This document shows, in pieces, positions 9,172 to 17,486 of a stretch of DNA of 64,000 bases (its first letter is position 1; each line of letters opens with the position of its first letter). Source of the stretch: an uncultured Clostridia bacterium (GTDB lineage Bacteria; Bacillota; Clostridia; Christensenellales; UBA1242). Location: positions 26,870-90,869 of the forward strand of contig CALVYP010000002.1 of assembly GCA_944372365.1 (NCBI GenBank), read 5' to 3'. A program made the position numbers and the translations under genes. Under the pieces are notes generated by a model. It was not told the DNA's origin. It did not search any database and saw only the letters and a program-made list of their open reading frames with translations.

Positions 9172-9925
9172 TAGTAAGTTTTTTCCATATCAAGTCAAAG
9201 TAGCTGCCAAAAGTTGGATCTTCGCGTCTTGATAGTGGAGTTTCTCCATTAAGATTTAGCATTTGCACATGTTTTACAGTGGCGGGGCGAGATGAAACCA
9301 CAATCACCTTATCCGACATTGAAATTGCTTCTGAGATGTCGTGAGTAACCAAAATTGCAGTTTTTTGTTCAGATTTGATTATTTGGTAAACATCGTCGCA
9401 AACTTTAAGCCTGGTTTGAAAATCAAGTGCTGAAAAAGGTTCATCAAGCAGCAAAAGCGTGGGTTGCATAACCAAAGTGCGAATAAGCGCAACACGCTGT
9501 CGCATTCCGCCACTTAAAGCTCGGGGCTTTGAAGAGATAAAGTCGTAGAGATCATATTTTTTTAGCAGGTCGCGTGCAAACTGCTTTTTTTTGTCAGCAT
9601 CTTTGGGCTTTGTCAGTTCAATTCCAAGCGTCACATTTTGCCAAATATTGCGCCATTCAAAAAGATGATCTCGTTGAAACATATAACCAATTTGTGAGTT
9701 TTTTGGCTCAATCTCTTTTCCGTTTAGCAATATTTGCCCCGAGCTTTTGTTTAAAAGCCCTGCAATCAACGATAGAATTGTGGTTTTGCCAGAGCCGCTT
9801 GGGCCAACAATTGATGTAAAACTTTGATTATCCACACAAAAGCTTAAATCTTTAAGTGCATGAATCTCTGCATTTTTTGTTTGATAAAAAAAATTAACAT
9901 CTTTAAATTCAAGCAGTGTGCTCAT
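9152..9925 (-). CDS. ABC transporter ATP-binding protein (NitT/TauT-like)
   Basis: Walker A GPSGSGKTT, signature LSGGMRQR, Walker B LLLLDEPFSALD and an H-loop VTHD. Confidence 0.9.
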   Translation of the reverse strand: MSTLLEFKDVNFFYQTKNAEIHALKDLSFCVDNQSFTSIVGPSGSGKTTILSLIAGLLNKSSGQILLNGKEIEPKNSQIGYMFQRDHLFEWRNIWQNVTLGIELTKPKDADKKKQFARDLLKKYDLYDFISSKPRALSGGMRQRVALIRTLVMQPTLLLLDEPFSALDFQTRLKVCDDVYQIIKSEQKTAILVTHDISEAISMSDKVIVVSSRPATVKHVQMLNLNGETPLSRREDPTFGSYFDLIWKKLTNEKQKD

Positions 9926-9989
9926 AAAAACCTCTACATAATCATTTTACTCACAACAACAAAATGTGTGAATAAGTTGGCACTCAAAT

Positions 9990-10019
9990 TTGAATTTGGC
10001 ATGCTTTGCGGGTTAAAAT
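9990..10019 (+). promoter_or_regulatory. Candidate sigma-A promoter for the phage-like module
   Basis: TTGAAT, a 17-18 nt spacer, then TAAAAT, about 30 nt upstream of the TTG start at 10049. Confidence 0.3.
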
Positions 10020-10048
10020 TGGCTAACTTTTGCAACGGAGGGGAAACT

Positions 10049-10360
10049 TTGAGTGATTTAAGTGAAGAAAAACTTAAAAAAGCCTTGCTGAAAAAAGCGC
10101 TCGGCTATGTTGCCAAGGAGCAGGTTTGCGAATACAGCATAGACGAAAACGGCGATGAAGTTCTTTCTAAAAAGAAAGTCACAAAAAAACAGCTTTCACC
10201 AGATCTTTCTGCTTTAAAAATTCTGCTTGAAAAATTTTATGGCGATTTTTCGGTGGAAGACATGAGCGATGAAGAGCTAGAGAAAGAAAAGTTTCGTCTT
10301 TTGCAACTTTTAAAAGAGGAGGAAGAAAATGCAAATAGAAAAATGCAAGAAACAAGTTAA
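10049..10360 (+). CDS. Putative phage small terminase-like / DNA-packaging accessory protein
   Basis: TTG start 4 nt after GGAGGGG. The 103-aa sequence LKKALLKKALGY..E...DENGDEV..KKKVTKKQLSPDLSALKILLEK resembles a TerS family seen in Firmicutes phages. It sits immediately upstream of the portal gene. Confidence 0.4.
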   Translation: MSDLSEEKLKKALLKKALGYVAKEQVCEYSIDENGDEVLSKKKVTKKQLSPDLSALKILLEKFYGDFSVEDMSDEELEKEKFRLLQLLKEEEENANRKMQETS

Positions 10361-10547
10361 GTGCGACTTTATTGGTTGCAACAATCTTGCTGATTATTCT
10401 TTCAGCACAAAAGGGTTGATTAGAAGAGAGCTGTCGTTTTGCAACGATTGTTTAAAGGGCATGTATCAAGAAATTGCAAAACTGCAAGTTCCAAAGCCAA
10501 CAACATCGCCATTTAAATTAAAACAAAGGTTGAAAAAGGAGAAATAA
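10329..10547 (+). CDS. Small Cys-rich (zinc-ribbon-like) protein
   Basis: 72 aa with a strong SD GAGGAGGA. Cys pairs CKKQVKC..GC and CNDC, plus a basic C-terminal tail. It occupies the slot where TerL normally sits. Confidence 0.5.
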   Translation: MQIEKCKKQVKCDFIGCNNLADYSFSTKGLIRRELSFCNDCLKGMYQEIAKLQVPKPTTSPFKLKQRLKKEK

Positions 10548-12421
10548 TGAAAAAGATGACTAAACAAGAACAGGAGATTGTAAAATTTGTTCAAGATGAT
10601 TTTGCCGTAAGGCAATATGCTCGCAAGCCGCTTGAAACTCAGTGGCTGATGAATATGAATTTTTACATGGGCAATCAGTTTTGCAACATAGGCTACGGCG
10701 GGATGCTTGAAGATCTTGACAAACAATACTTTTGGCAAGAGAGAGAAATTTTTAATCACATCGCGCCGGTTGTAGATTTAAGACTTGCAAAACTTGGAAA
10801 AATCAAACCAGTTGCAACTGTGCAGCCTGCATCAAATGATGAGCAAGATGTTTTTGCTGCCAAGGTGTCGAAAAAGATTTTAGACAGCACATTCAGCAAG
10901 TTGCAATTAAACAAAAAAATCATTCAAGCCATTGGGTGGAGTGAAATTTGCGGCACAAGTTTTTACAAGTTGAGTTGGGATATCCAAGCAGGTCAGGTTG
11001 TGGCACAGGATAAAGACGGCGTAGACATTAGAAGCGGCGAAGTTGATGTCACTGTTTGCTCACCATTTGAAATTTATCCAGACAGTTTGACATGTGAAAA
11101 TATTCAAGATTGCCAAAGCATAATCCATGCCAGAGCGATGGATGTGGGCGAAATTAAAGCCAAATACAACATGGATTTGGATGGCGAAGATTTAAACATC
11201 TTCTCACTTTCATCAACAAGCGTTGGGATTGGCGGACTTGGCTACTCGTCTGCCGCGCCAAAAATCACACAAGGCGTCAAAACCAACAGCGCACTTGTGA
11301 TTGAAAGATATCAAAAGCCGTCACCAGATTTTCCAAACGGCAGACTTACTATTGTTGTGGGCAACCAGCTGTTTTTCGATGGCGATTTGCCGTATGAAAT
11401 TGGCTGCGACGGAGCGAGAAGCTTTCCTTTTATTAAGCAAGTGTCTTTAAATCAGGTTGGCAGTTTTTGGGGAACAAGCGTCATCGACAGGCTTATTCCA
11501 GTGCAAAGGGCATACAACGCGGTAAAAAATCGCAAGCACGAGTTTATCAATCGTCTTACAATGGGCGTGCTGGCTGTTGAAGATGGCTCGGTTGACATAG
11601 AAAACCTTGAAGACGAAGGGCTTTGCCCAGGCAAGATTTTGGTTTATAGGCAGGGTGCATCCGTTCCAGAATTTTTGCAGGGCGAAAACCTGTCGGGCAG
11701 CTTTGATGAAGAAGAAGACAAGCTGCTTGCCGAGTTTAAGGATATAAGTGGAGTAAATCAGGTGTTTAATGGCAGCTTTACATCTTCAAACATATCAGGC
11801 ACAGCGCTTGAACTTATGCTTGAACAGGATGAACTCAGGCTGAATAACAGCGCAGAGAACATCAAGCAGTGCGTTAAAAATGCGGCACAGATGATTTTAA
11901 ATTTATACAAACAGTTTGCTCTGCTTCCGCGTCTTGCAAGAATTGTGGGCGATAATGGAGAAGTTGAATTGTTTTACTTTAATGCAAGCGACATTTCAAG
12001 CGATGACATCCAGTTGGAGACGCAGGTCGACTTAGGTGAAAGTGTTGCTCAGCGCAGGCAGATGGTGTTCAACTTGATTGATAAAGGCCTGCTTAACGAT
12101 CAAAACAACACTATGAGCAAAAAGATGAAAATTAAAGTGCTGCAACTTTTGGGGCTTGGCATATGGGAAAACGCGCAGGATACGGGTGAGCTTCACATCA
12201 AAAAGGCAGACAATGAAAATTTAAAACTATACAAAAATCAGCCAGTGAAAGTTTGCGAAATTGATGATCACGAATTGCACATCGACAGGCACATCGCATT
12301 TATGCTTGGCGGAGATTATGAAGAGCAACTCATTCAAGACAGCGCGCTTGAAGAAAGATTTTTGCAGCATATAAACCAACACAAAAAATTGTTAAAACAA
12401 AAAAATGAGGAGGTAAAATAA
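10547..12421 (+). CDS. Phage portal protein
   Basis: 624 aa. The N-terminal pattern RKPLETQWLMNMNFYMGNQF is the typical portal W..N..FY.GNQ motif. It sits directly before the scaffold and capsid genes. AAGGAG SD. Confidence 0.72.
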   Translation: MKKMTKQEQEIVKFVQDDFAVRQYARKPLETQWLMNMNFYMGNQFCNIGYGGMLEDLDKQYFWQEREIFNHIAPVVDLRLAKLGKIKPVATVQPASNDEQDVFAAKVSKKILDSTFSKLQLNKKIIQAIGWSEICGTSFYKLSWDIQAGQVVAQDKDGVDIRSGEVDVTVCSPFEIYPDSLTCENIQDCQSIIHARAMDVGEIKAKYNMDLDGEDLNIFSLSSTSVGIGGLGYSSAAPKITQGVKTNSALVIERYQKPSPDFPNGRLTIVVGNQLFFDGDLPYEIGCDGARSFPFIKQVSLNQVGSFWGTSVIDRLIPVQRAYNAVKNRKHEFINRLTMGVLAVEDGSVDIENLEDEGLCPGKILVYRQGASVPEFLQGENLSGSFDEEEDKLLAEFKDISGVNQVFNGSFTSSNISGTALELMLEQDELRLNNSAENIKQCVKNAAQMILNLYKQFALLPRLARIVGDNGEVELFYFNASDISSDDIQLETQVDLGESVAQRRQMVFNLIDKGLLNDQNNTMSKKMKIKVLQLLGLGIWENAQDTGELHIKKADNENLKLYKNQPVKVCEIDDHELHIDRHIAFMLGGDYEEQLIQDSALEERFLQHINQHKKLLKQKNEEVK

Positions 12422-13029
12422 TGCAAGAAGAAATTGTTAAGGAACAACCATCTTTAGAACAGGCGAATGCTGAAAATTCAGCGCTGCAAGAGAGCGCCGC
12501 TAGTCAAGAAGGCTCCTTAAAAGAAGAAAGCTTTGGAAAGTTTAAGTCTGCCTCGGCACTCTTAGATGCATATAAGGCGCTTGAGGCAGAATTCACACGA
12601 AAAAGCCAGCGGCTTAGCGAACTTGAAAAAAACTTAGAGCAAGCAACTCCTGACGAGCAAAACATCGACAGCGAACTTGCATCTTTTCTTTCAACACACA
12701 GCGACGCAGCACCATACGCTCAAAAGCTTAAAGATTTAAGTTTGCAGGGCGGAGGGAAAATAAATTTTGAGCAGCTTTGGGCAAAATGTTTGATCGATGA
12801 ACTTGGCTCGGAGCAATCAAAACTTGAAAACCCTATAATCAAACAATATGTAATAAATGATGAAGAACTTAAAAAATATGTCATCGAAAATTACATGAAA
12901 AATCTTAATGCAAAAAAACCACCACTTCTCATCAGCGGCGAGAGTGGCGAAAAAGTAACCGGTCAAAAGCCGGTTACGCCAACCTCGCTGAAAGATGCTA
13001 AAAAATTGGTGGAGCAAATGTTTAGTTAA
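12421..13029 (+). CDS. Putative capsid scaffolding protein
   Basis: 202 aa, acidic and predicted helical/coiled-coil. Located between the portal and major capsid genes, with an ATG overlapping the portal stop (TAATG). Confidence 0.5.
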   Translation: MQEEIVKEQPSLEQANAENSALQESAASQEGSLKEESFGKFKSASALLDAYKALEAEFTRKSQRLSELEKNLEQATPDEQNIDSELASFLSTHSDAAPYAQKLKDLSLQGGGKINFEQLWAKCLIDELGSEQSKLENPIIKQYVINDEELKKYVIENYMKNLNAKKPPLLISGESGEKVTGQKPVTPTSLKDAKKLVEQMFS

Positions 13030-13041
13030 TAGGAGGAAATT

Positions 13042-14271
13042 ATGGTTACATTAGAAACCGCTGACAACGCGCTTAAAAGTGTTTATCTTGGCGTGGTTGC
13101 AAATCAACTTAATGTTTCATCCAACCCACTTTATGCAAAAATCAAACGCTCAAACAAAGATATTTGGGGCAAGGAAATAATCAAACTTGCGCCTTATGGA
13201 ATCAACGGCGGCATAGGGGCTGGCTCTGAAACAGGCTCGTTGCCTGCCGCATATGAAAACAAATATGTGCAATTTAAGGCAACACTTAAAAACCTTTATG
13301 GCAGAATTGAAATCAGCGACAAGGCTATTCGCTCTTCTGCAAACAATATTGGTGCGTTTGTAAATCTTTTAACAGACGAAATGGAAGGGCTTATCAAAGC
13401 AAGCTCATTCAACCTTGGCAGAATGCTCTACGGCGACGGAACAGGCATTTTAGCACAAGCAACTGCTGCAAGCAACAATGTTGTCACATGTAATAAAGTA
13501 AACAACCTTATTGAAGGCATGGTGGTAGATTTTTACAACGATTCTGCTCCATATTTAACAAAAGCGAGGATTGAGTATGTTGACAGGGTAAACAAAAAAA
13601 TCACAATCGACAAAAATTTAACAATGCCTTCATCTTCAAATTTGGATATTTATATTCAAACATCGATAAACCGCGATATAACTGGGCTTGGCGCAATCTT
13701 TTCAAACTCAACCACGCTTTACGGCGTAAACAGAGCAGAACATCCATGGCTTAGCCCGTATTCATCAAGCGTTGAAACAGAAATCTCAGACAACCTTATC
13801 CAAACAGCAATCGACTTTTTGGAAGAAAATGCAGATTCAAGAATCAACTTTATCGCATGTTCAAGCGCTGTTAGAAGGGCTTATCAGCAATATTTGACAG
13901 CTTACAGAACAAACATCGATATAATGAATCTTGAAGGCGGGTTTAAAGCAATCTCTCACAACGGCATTCCGCTTGTTGCAGATAGATTTGTTGATGAAGA
14001 CACAATGTATTTGCTTAACACTGATGATTTTACTTTGCATGAGCTTTGCGACTGGACATGGCTTGAAGGCGCTGATGGCAGAATTTTAAAGCAAGCAAAT
14101 GTGCAGCCAATTTACACAGCGTCTCTTGTAAAGTATGCTGAACTTATCTGTGACAAACCAAATGGACAGGCTAAAATCAGCAAAATTAAATCAACAGTTA
14201 CAAATCCATTTTTGCCAGCAGACGACAGCGAAAACCAAAGCCAAGCTTCTGGCGACAACACACAAGGTTAA
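13042..14271 (+). CDS. Phage major capsid protein (HK97-fold type)
   Basis: 409 aa. The pattern LYGRIEISDKAIRSS...FVNLLTDEMEGLIKA...LGRMLYGDGTGILA is typical of major capsid proteins. Strong SD AGGAGG. A strong terminator follows. Confidence 0.72.
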   Translation: MVTLETADNALKSVYLGVVANQLNVSSNPLYAKIKRSNKDIWGKEIIKLAPYGINGGIGAGSETGSLPAAYENKYVQFKATLKNLYGRIEISDKAIRSSANNIGAFVNLLTDEMEGLIKASSFNLGRMLYGDGTGILAQATAASNNVVTCNKVNNLIEGMVVDFYNDSAPYLTKARIEYVDRVNKKITIDKNLTMPSSSNLDIYIQTSINRDITGLGAIFSNSTTLYGVNRAEHPWLSPYSSSVETEISDNLIQTAIDFLEENADSRINFIACSSAVRRAYQQYLTAYRTNIDIMNLEGGFKAISHNGIPLVADRFVDEDTMYLLNTDDFTLHELCDWTWLEGADGRILKQANVQPIYTASLVKYAELICDKPNGQAKISKIKSTVTNPFLPADDSENQSQASGDNTQG

Positions 14272-14274
14272 CAG

Positions 14275-14306
14275 GCAAGGGGTGAATTTTCGCCCCTTTG
14301 CTTTTT
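14275..14306 (+). terminator. Rho-independent terminator after the capsid gene
   Basis: GCAAGGGG...CCCCTTTGC stem followed by TTTTT. Confidence 0.55.
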
Positions 14307-14317
14307 AAGGAGAAAAA

Positions 14318-14632
14318 ATGAAAAACCAAATTTTGCTTGACTGCGATCCATTTTATATTTCAAGCCGAATTAAAGAAGTGGATGAAAATTATTTTATTGT
14401 TTTTAACACAGCTCGCAATGCATATGAATTGCACAGCAGTGCGCAAATTGGCAGCACTTACGCTCTCACAATTCCTTATTCGCAGCTTGATGAGCGAACA
14501 ATTTTTTTGGCACGCAAAACGCGCAAACAAAACTTTGACAAACTCATCAGGCAGATGGATGAAGAAAATCAAAGGCTGCAAAACAGTAAAATAAAAGATG
14601 CGGTTTTGCAAATAAAAGAGGTGTTTAAATGA
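14318..14632 (+). CDS. Hypothetical protein of the phage-like module
   Basis: 104-aa ORF with an AAGGAG SD. Its stop overlaps the next start. Confidence 0.5.
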   Translation: MKNQILLDCDPFYISSRIKEVDENYFIVFNTARNAYELHSSAQIGSTYALTIPYSQLDERTIFLARKTRKQNFDKLIRQMDEENQRLQNSKIKDAVLQIKEVFK

Positions 14633-15180
14633 AAATTAACGATATTATTCAACTTTGTTGCGATTTTTTAGGCGAAAACAGTTTAAAAACGCTTGTTGGC
14701 ACAAGTTCTGGTGACGATGTTCAAAAAGCCAAACTCAGCGCAATGCTAACATGCCTAAACCTTGCCTATGAAGAAATTGTGACGGAATATCTTCCAATCC
14801 TTTACACACAAACTGTTTCGGTGCAAGATGGAGTTGTAAATTTTTCAAGCCTTGCAAAACCTATCAGTGGAATTTGCTCAGTCAAAGATGAAGATGGGGC
14901 GCAGATAAACTATCTTCAATCCGCCGATCACATCAATGTAAACGCCAAACAGGTGCAAATCACCTATCAAATTGTGCCAGACAAATTTGAGTTTGGCGAC
15001 GAAGTTAAGGTGATTTTCCCTGACAGGCTGCTTGCTTACGGCACTGCAAGAGAATATTTGTTTATGCAAGGGCTTTCTGAGGAAGCGCTGATGTATGAAA
15101 AACGATTTAAGGATGCACTTATAAACTTTGTGCGAAAAAAATCTCCGCTTACGCTTGCAAAAAGGCAATGGCAAAATTAG
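14629..15180 (+). CDS. Putative head-tail adaptor/connector protein
   Basis: 183 aa. Position and size are comparable to the adaptor proteins of P22-like (gp4) and T7-like (gp11) podoviruses. Assigned by synteny only. Confidence 0.35.
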   Translation: MKINDIIQLCCDFLGENSLKTLVGTSSGDDVQKAKLSAMLTCLNLAYEEIVTEYLPILYTQTVSVQDGVVNFSSLAKPISGICSVKDEDGAQINYLQSADHINVNAKQVQITYQIVPDKFEFGDEVKVIFPDRLLAYGTAREYLFMQGLSEEALMYEKRFKDALINFVRKKSPLTLAKRQWQN

Positions 15181-15189
15181 GAGGTGAGT

Positions 15190-16659
15190 ATGTTTTACAA
15201 AAAAAGCCTTACCACTAAGCAAAACAAGCCGTTAAAAATCCGATTTGATAAGTTTGACGAGTGGAAAAGCGAAAACAAAGGCGATTTGCAGATAAATCAA
15301 GCCGAAAGTTGTTATAATTTTGCTTTTTCAAATGGGCAGCTCAGCCCGAGCTACGGCTTTGAGCAGCTGACTTTGCCAGTTTCGCTGGGCGGACAGGAGC
15401 AAACATTCAACCTAAACGCAACCGAAATTTTGCAAGCGTGGTTTTTCCCGATGTATGATAATTTTGACAATTGCGACAAATATTATGTGTTTTTTCTAGC
15501 TCAAGACATGAAAATTTACTTTTTCAATGTGCTTGATGAAAAATACATCTATCCAACAGATGCCACCTTTACGCAAATTCCAAACGGCGCTGCGTTTAGA
15601 ATAAACGGCGATAATGACACAATGTTTTTTGCTTCAAGCACCGATCAAACAGTTGGATTAAACGGGCTTGGCTATCAAGTTTATCAAAACATTCCAAAGT
15701 TTGTTTCTGGGTGTTGGTTTGGTCCATATTTCTTTTTGCTGACGATTGGCGACAACAATCAGCTGCAATACAGTCAAAGCAGAATTGACATTTGGAACGA
15801 TGACAACGTTACAAAAGCGCCGCTTGCCGACATTCGCGGTGGAATGACCAAACTTATTGCGTTAAAAGATTATCTGTATCTTTTCACAAACTATGGCATA
15901 ACCAGACTTTCACTTTACAGCTCAAGCGCAGATGTTGCCGAAACGCATGTATATCACTCGTCATCCTATATATATCCTTCGTCGATTTCCAAACACGGCG
16001 AAGAAATTGTGTTTTTGTCGGGCGACGGACTTTATCGTCTTAAAGGCAGCAGCGTCACCAAAATTGATTTGCCGTTTTCACAAAACATAACTTCGCAGGA
16101 TAACAGCAAGTGCAGCGGTGTGTGCTTTGACGGGAAATACTTTTTAGCGTGCAAATATAATTTTGCAGACGATCAAACGGTTGGTTGCGAAAGTCAGGAT
16201 TATGTAAACAACGCAATGGTTGTATATGATCTTGCAACGGGTGAGTTTGAAGTTGTTCGCGGAATCGACATCAACCAACTTTTTGCTTTGCAAGCTCCAA
16301 AAGCAAACAAACTTTGCGCGCTTTTTAGGGGCGAGAAAAAGGCGTTGATTGGTCAGCTTACTCACGACGGCAAATTTTTTGGAAGTCCGCTTGCCAAAAG
16401 ATGGGTTTCTGCGCAAACAGATTTTGGATATGCCGAAAACCAAAAATGCATAACCGAAGTTATTGTTCGTCCAAACACACAGGGTACAATAACAATTTGC
16501 TCTGAAAAAGAAAGCCAAAGCATTCAGGTTGCAAACTCAACCCAATGCACGCGATTTAGGCTGAGAATATACGGCAAAATTTTTTACTTGACTTTTGATT
16601 GTCAACAGCAATCTGTAAATATTTCATGCCCGCAACTTACAGCAGAGGTTATTTCGTGA
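15190..16659 (+). CDS. Putative tail hub / nozzle-like structural protein
   Basis: About 489 aa from the ATG 6 nt after AGGAGG. Beta-rich and Gly/aromatic-rich, with no NTPase motifs. Position and size are comparable to P22 gp10. Assigned by synteny only. Confidence 0.35.
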   Translation: MFYKKSLTTKQNKPLKIRFDKFDEWKSENKGDLQINQAESCYNFAFSNGQLSPSYGFEQLTLPVSLGGQEQTFNLNATEILQAWFFPMYDNFDNCDKYYVFFLAQDMKIYFFNVLDEKYIYPTDATFTQIPNGAAFRINGDNDTMFFASSTDQTVGLNGLGYQVYQNIPKFVSGCWFGPYFFLLTIGDNNQLQYSQSRIDIWNDDNVTKAPLADIRGGMTKLIALKDYLYLFTNYGITRLSLYSSSADVAETHVYHSSSYIYPSSISKHGEEIVFLSGDGLYRLKGSSVTKIDLPFSQNITSQDNSKCSGVCFDGKYFLACKYNFADDQTVGCESQDYVNNAMVVYDLATGEFEVVRGIDINQLFALQAPKANKLCALFRGEKKALIGQLTHDGKFFGSPLAKRWVSAQTDFGYAENQKCITEVIVRPNTQGTITICSEKESQSIQVANSTQCTRFRLRIYGKIFYLTFDCQQQSVNISCPQLTAEVIS

Positions 16660-16724
16660 AAATGTATGACAGATGTTCTTCAAAATTTTTAAAAAAACTT
16701 TTTGTTAAAGGAGAAAACAATGAG

Positions 16725-16940
16725 ATGAAAAGTTTATTGCAAGATATCGTTAAAGATGAAAGTGGAAAAAATTTAGTCTCTTCAAATTTGTTTGAAAAAC
16801 AAAAACAAGCATACGAGGCAACAGTTGAGTTTTTGAAGCATTTTGATAAAACAGTTGCTTTAAGTTTTGTGCAAACAAACGCACAACTGCGTGGCGAGCT
16901 TGGAATTTTTTACGATAAACTTATCAGTGAGTTGCAGTGA
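16725..16940 (+). CDS. Hypothetical small protein
   Basis: 71-aa ORF from an ATG preceded by AAGGAG. Predicted helical. Confidence 0.45.
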   Translation: MKSLLQDIVKDESGKNLVSSNLFEKQKQAYEATVEFLKHFDKTVALSFVQTNAQLRGELGIFYDKLISELQ

Positions 16941-17194
16941 TGAGTTTATGGCAAGATATTGTTAGTGTAATAATCAGCAACGGCATATTTGCAATTTTGT
17001 TTGTGGCGTTGTTTGTTTATCAACTAAAAGACAGCAAAAGGCGAGAAGAAAAATATCAGCGCACAATAGACGAACTCAGCGCGCACATCGGCATTGTGGA
17101 AAAAATTAAAGAAGATGTTGAATATCTCAAAGAAATTGTCACTCCAAAAAGGAGAAGAAAAAATGAAGATAAAAAACTTGATATGCTCATATAG
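16937..17194 (+). CDS. BhlA/UviB-family holin-like protein
   Basis: 85 aa. The single N-terminal TM plus SNGIFAILFVALFVYQLKDSKRREEKYQRTIDEL matches the BhlA/UviB pattern (QG.FA.LF..L..Y....KERE.KY). Confidence 0.65.
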   Translation: MMSLWQDIVSVIISNGIFAILFVALFVYQLKDSKRREEKYQRTIDELSAHIGIVEKIKEDVEYLKEIVTPKRRRKNEDKKLDMLI

Positions 17195-17402
17195 TTTTTG
17201 GACGGCGCTTGCAGGGGCGCTTGCTATGCTTGGCAGCGCCATTGGCAAAGCGTTCAGCGTTGACATTGAAGGGCAAACAATCGCCGACATTGTCATGAGT
17301 GTGGCAAGTGTTTTGGTTGCGGTTGGTATAATCAGCTTACCAAAAAAACAAACCCAAACATCTGATCAGGACAAAAACAATCAAAAAGATGAGCAAAAAT
17401 AG
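17163..17402 (+). CDS. Holin-like two-TM protein (phi LC3 / SPP1 holin-like)
   Basis: 79 aa from an ATG preceded by AAAGGAG. It has two hydrophobic helices and a charged, Q/K/D-rich C-terminal tail. It overlaps the previous gene. Confidence 0.5.
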   Translation: MKIKNLICSYSFWTALAGALAMLGSAIGKAFSVDIEGQTIADIVMSVASVLVAVGIISLPKKQTQTSDQDKNNQKDEQK

Positions 17403-17439
17403 CAAAAAGGGGGCAAAAAGCCCTCTTTTTTAATAATTA

Positions 17440-17468
17440 TTGACTTTTCTTTTGTTTTGTGGTATACT
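17440..17468 (+). promoter_or_regulatory. Candidate sigma-A promoter
   Basis: TTGACT, a 17-nt spacer, then TATACT with an upstream TG (TGGTATACT), about 19 nt upstream of the ATG at 17487. Confidence 0.45.
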
Positions 17469-17486
17469 TAAAAAGTAGGGGGCAAT

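Larger units (their letters stand above)
10049..17402 (+). mobile_element. Phage-derived morphogenesis module (podovirus-like head/neck genes plus holins), apparently incomplete
   Basis: Eleven same-strand, tightly coupled ORFs with strong SDs: TerS-like, Cys4 mini-protein, portal, scaffold, major capsid, small ORF, adaptor-like, 491-aa protein, small ORF, and two holin-like proteins. I did not recognise TerL, an integrase, replication genes, a tail fibre or a lysin. Confidence 0.65.

Noticed and set aside
9860-10048. N-terminal 63 codons of the 166-aa ORF 9860..10360
   Set aside because: This part overlaps the start of the divergent ABC ATPase gene and the promoter region. It is hydrophobic, low-complexity junk (MNLCIFCLIKKINIF...). 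A TTG with a strong GGAGGGG SD at 10049 gives a much more plausible start.
16599-16724. Upstream extension of the ORF 16599..16940, overlapping the end of the 491-aa gene
   Set aside because: It has no SD and overlaps the preceding CDS by 60 nt. The ATG at 16725 is preceded by AAGGAG.
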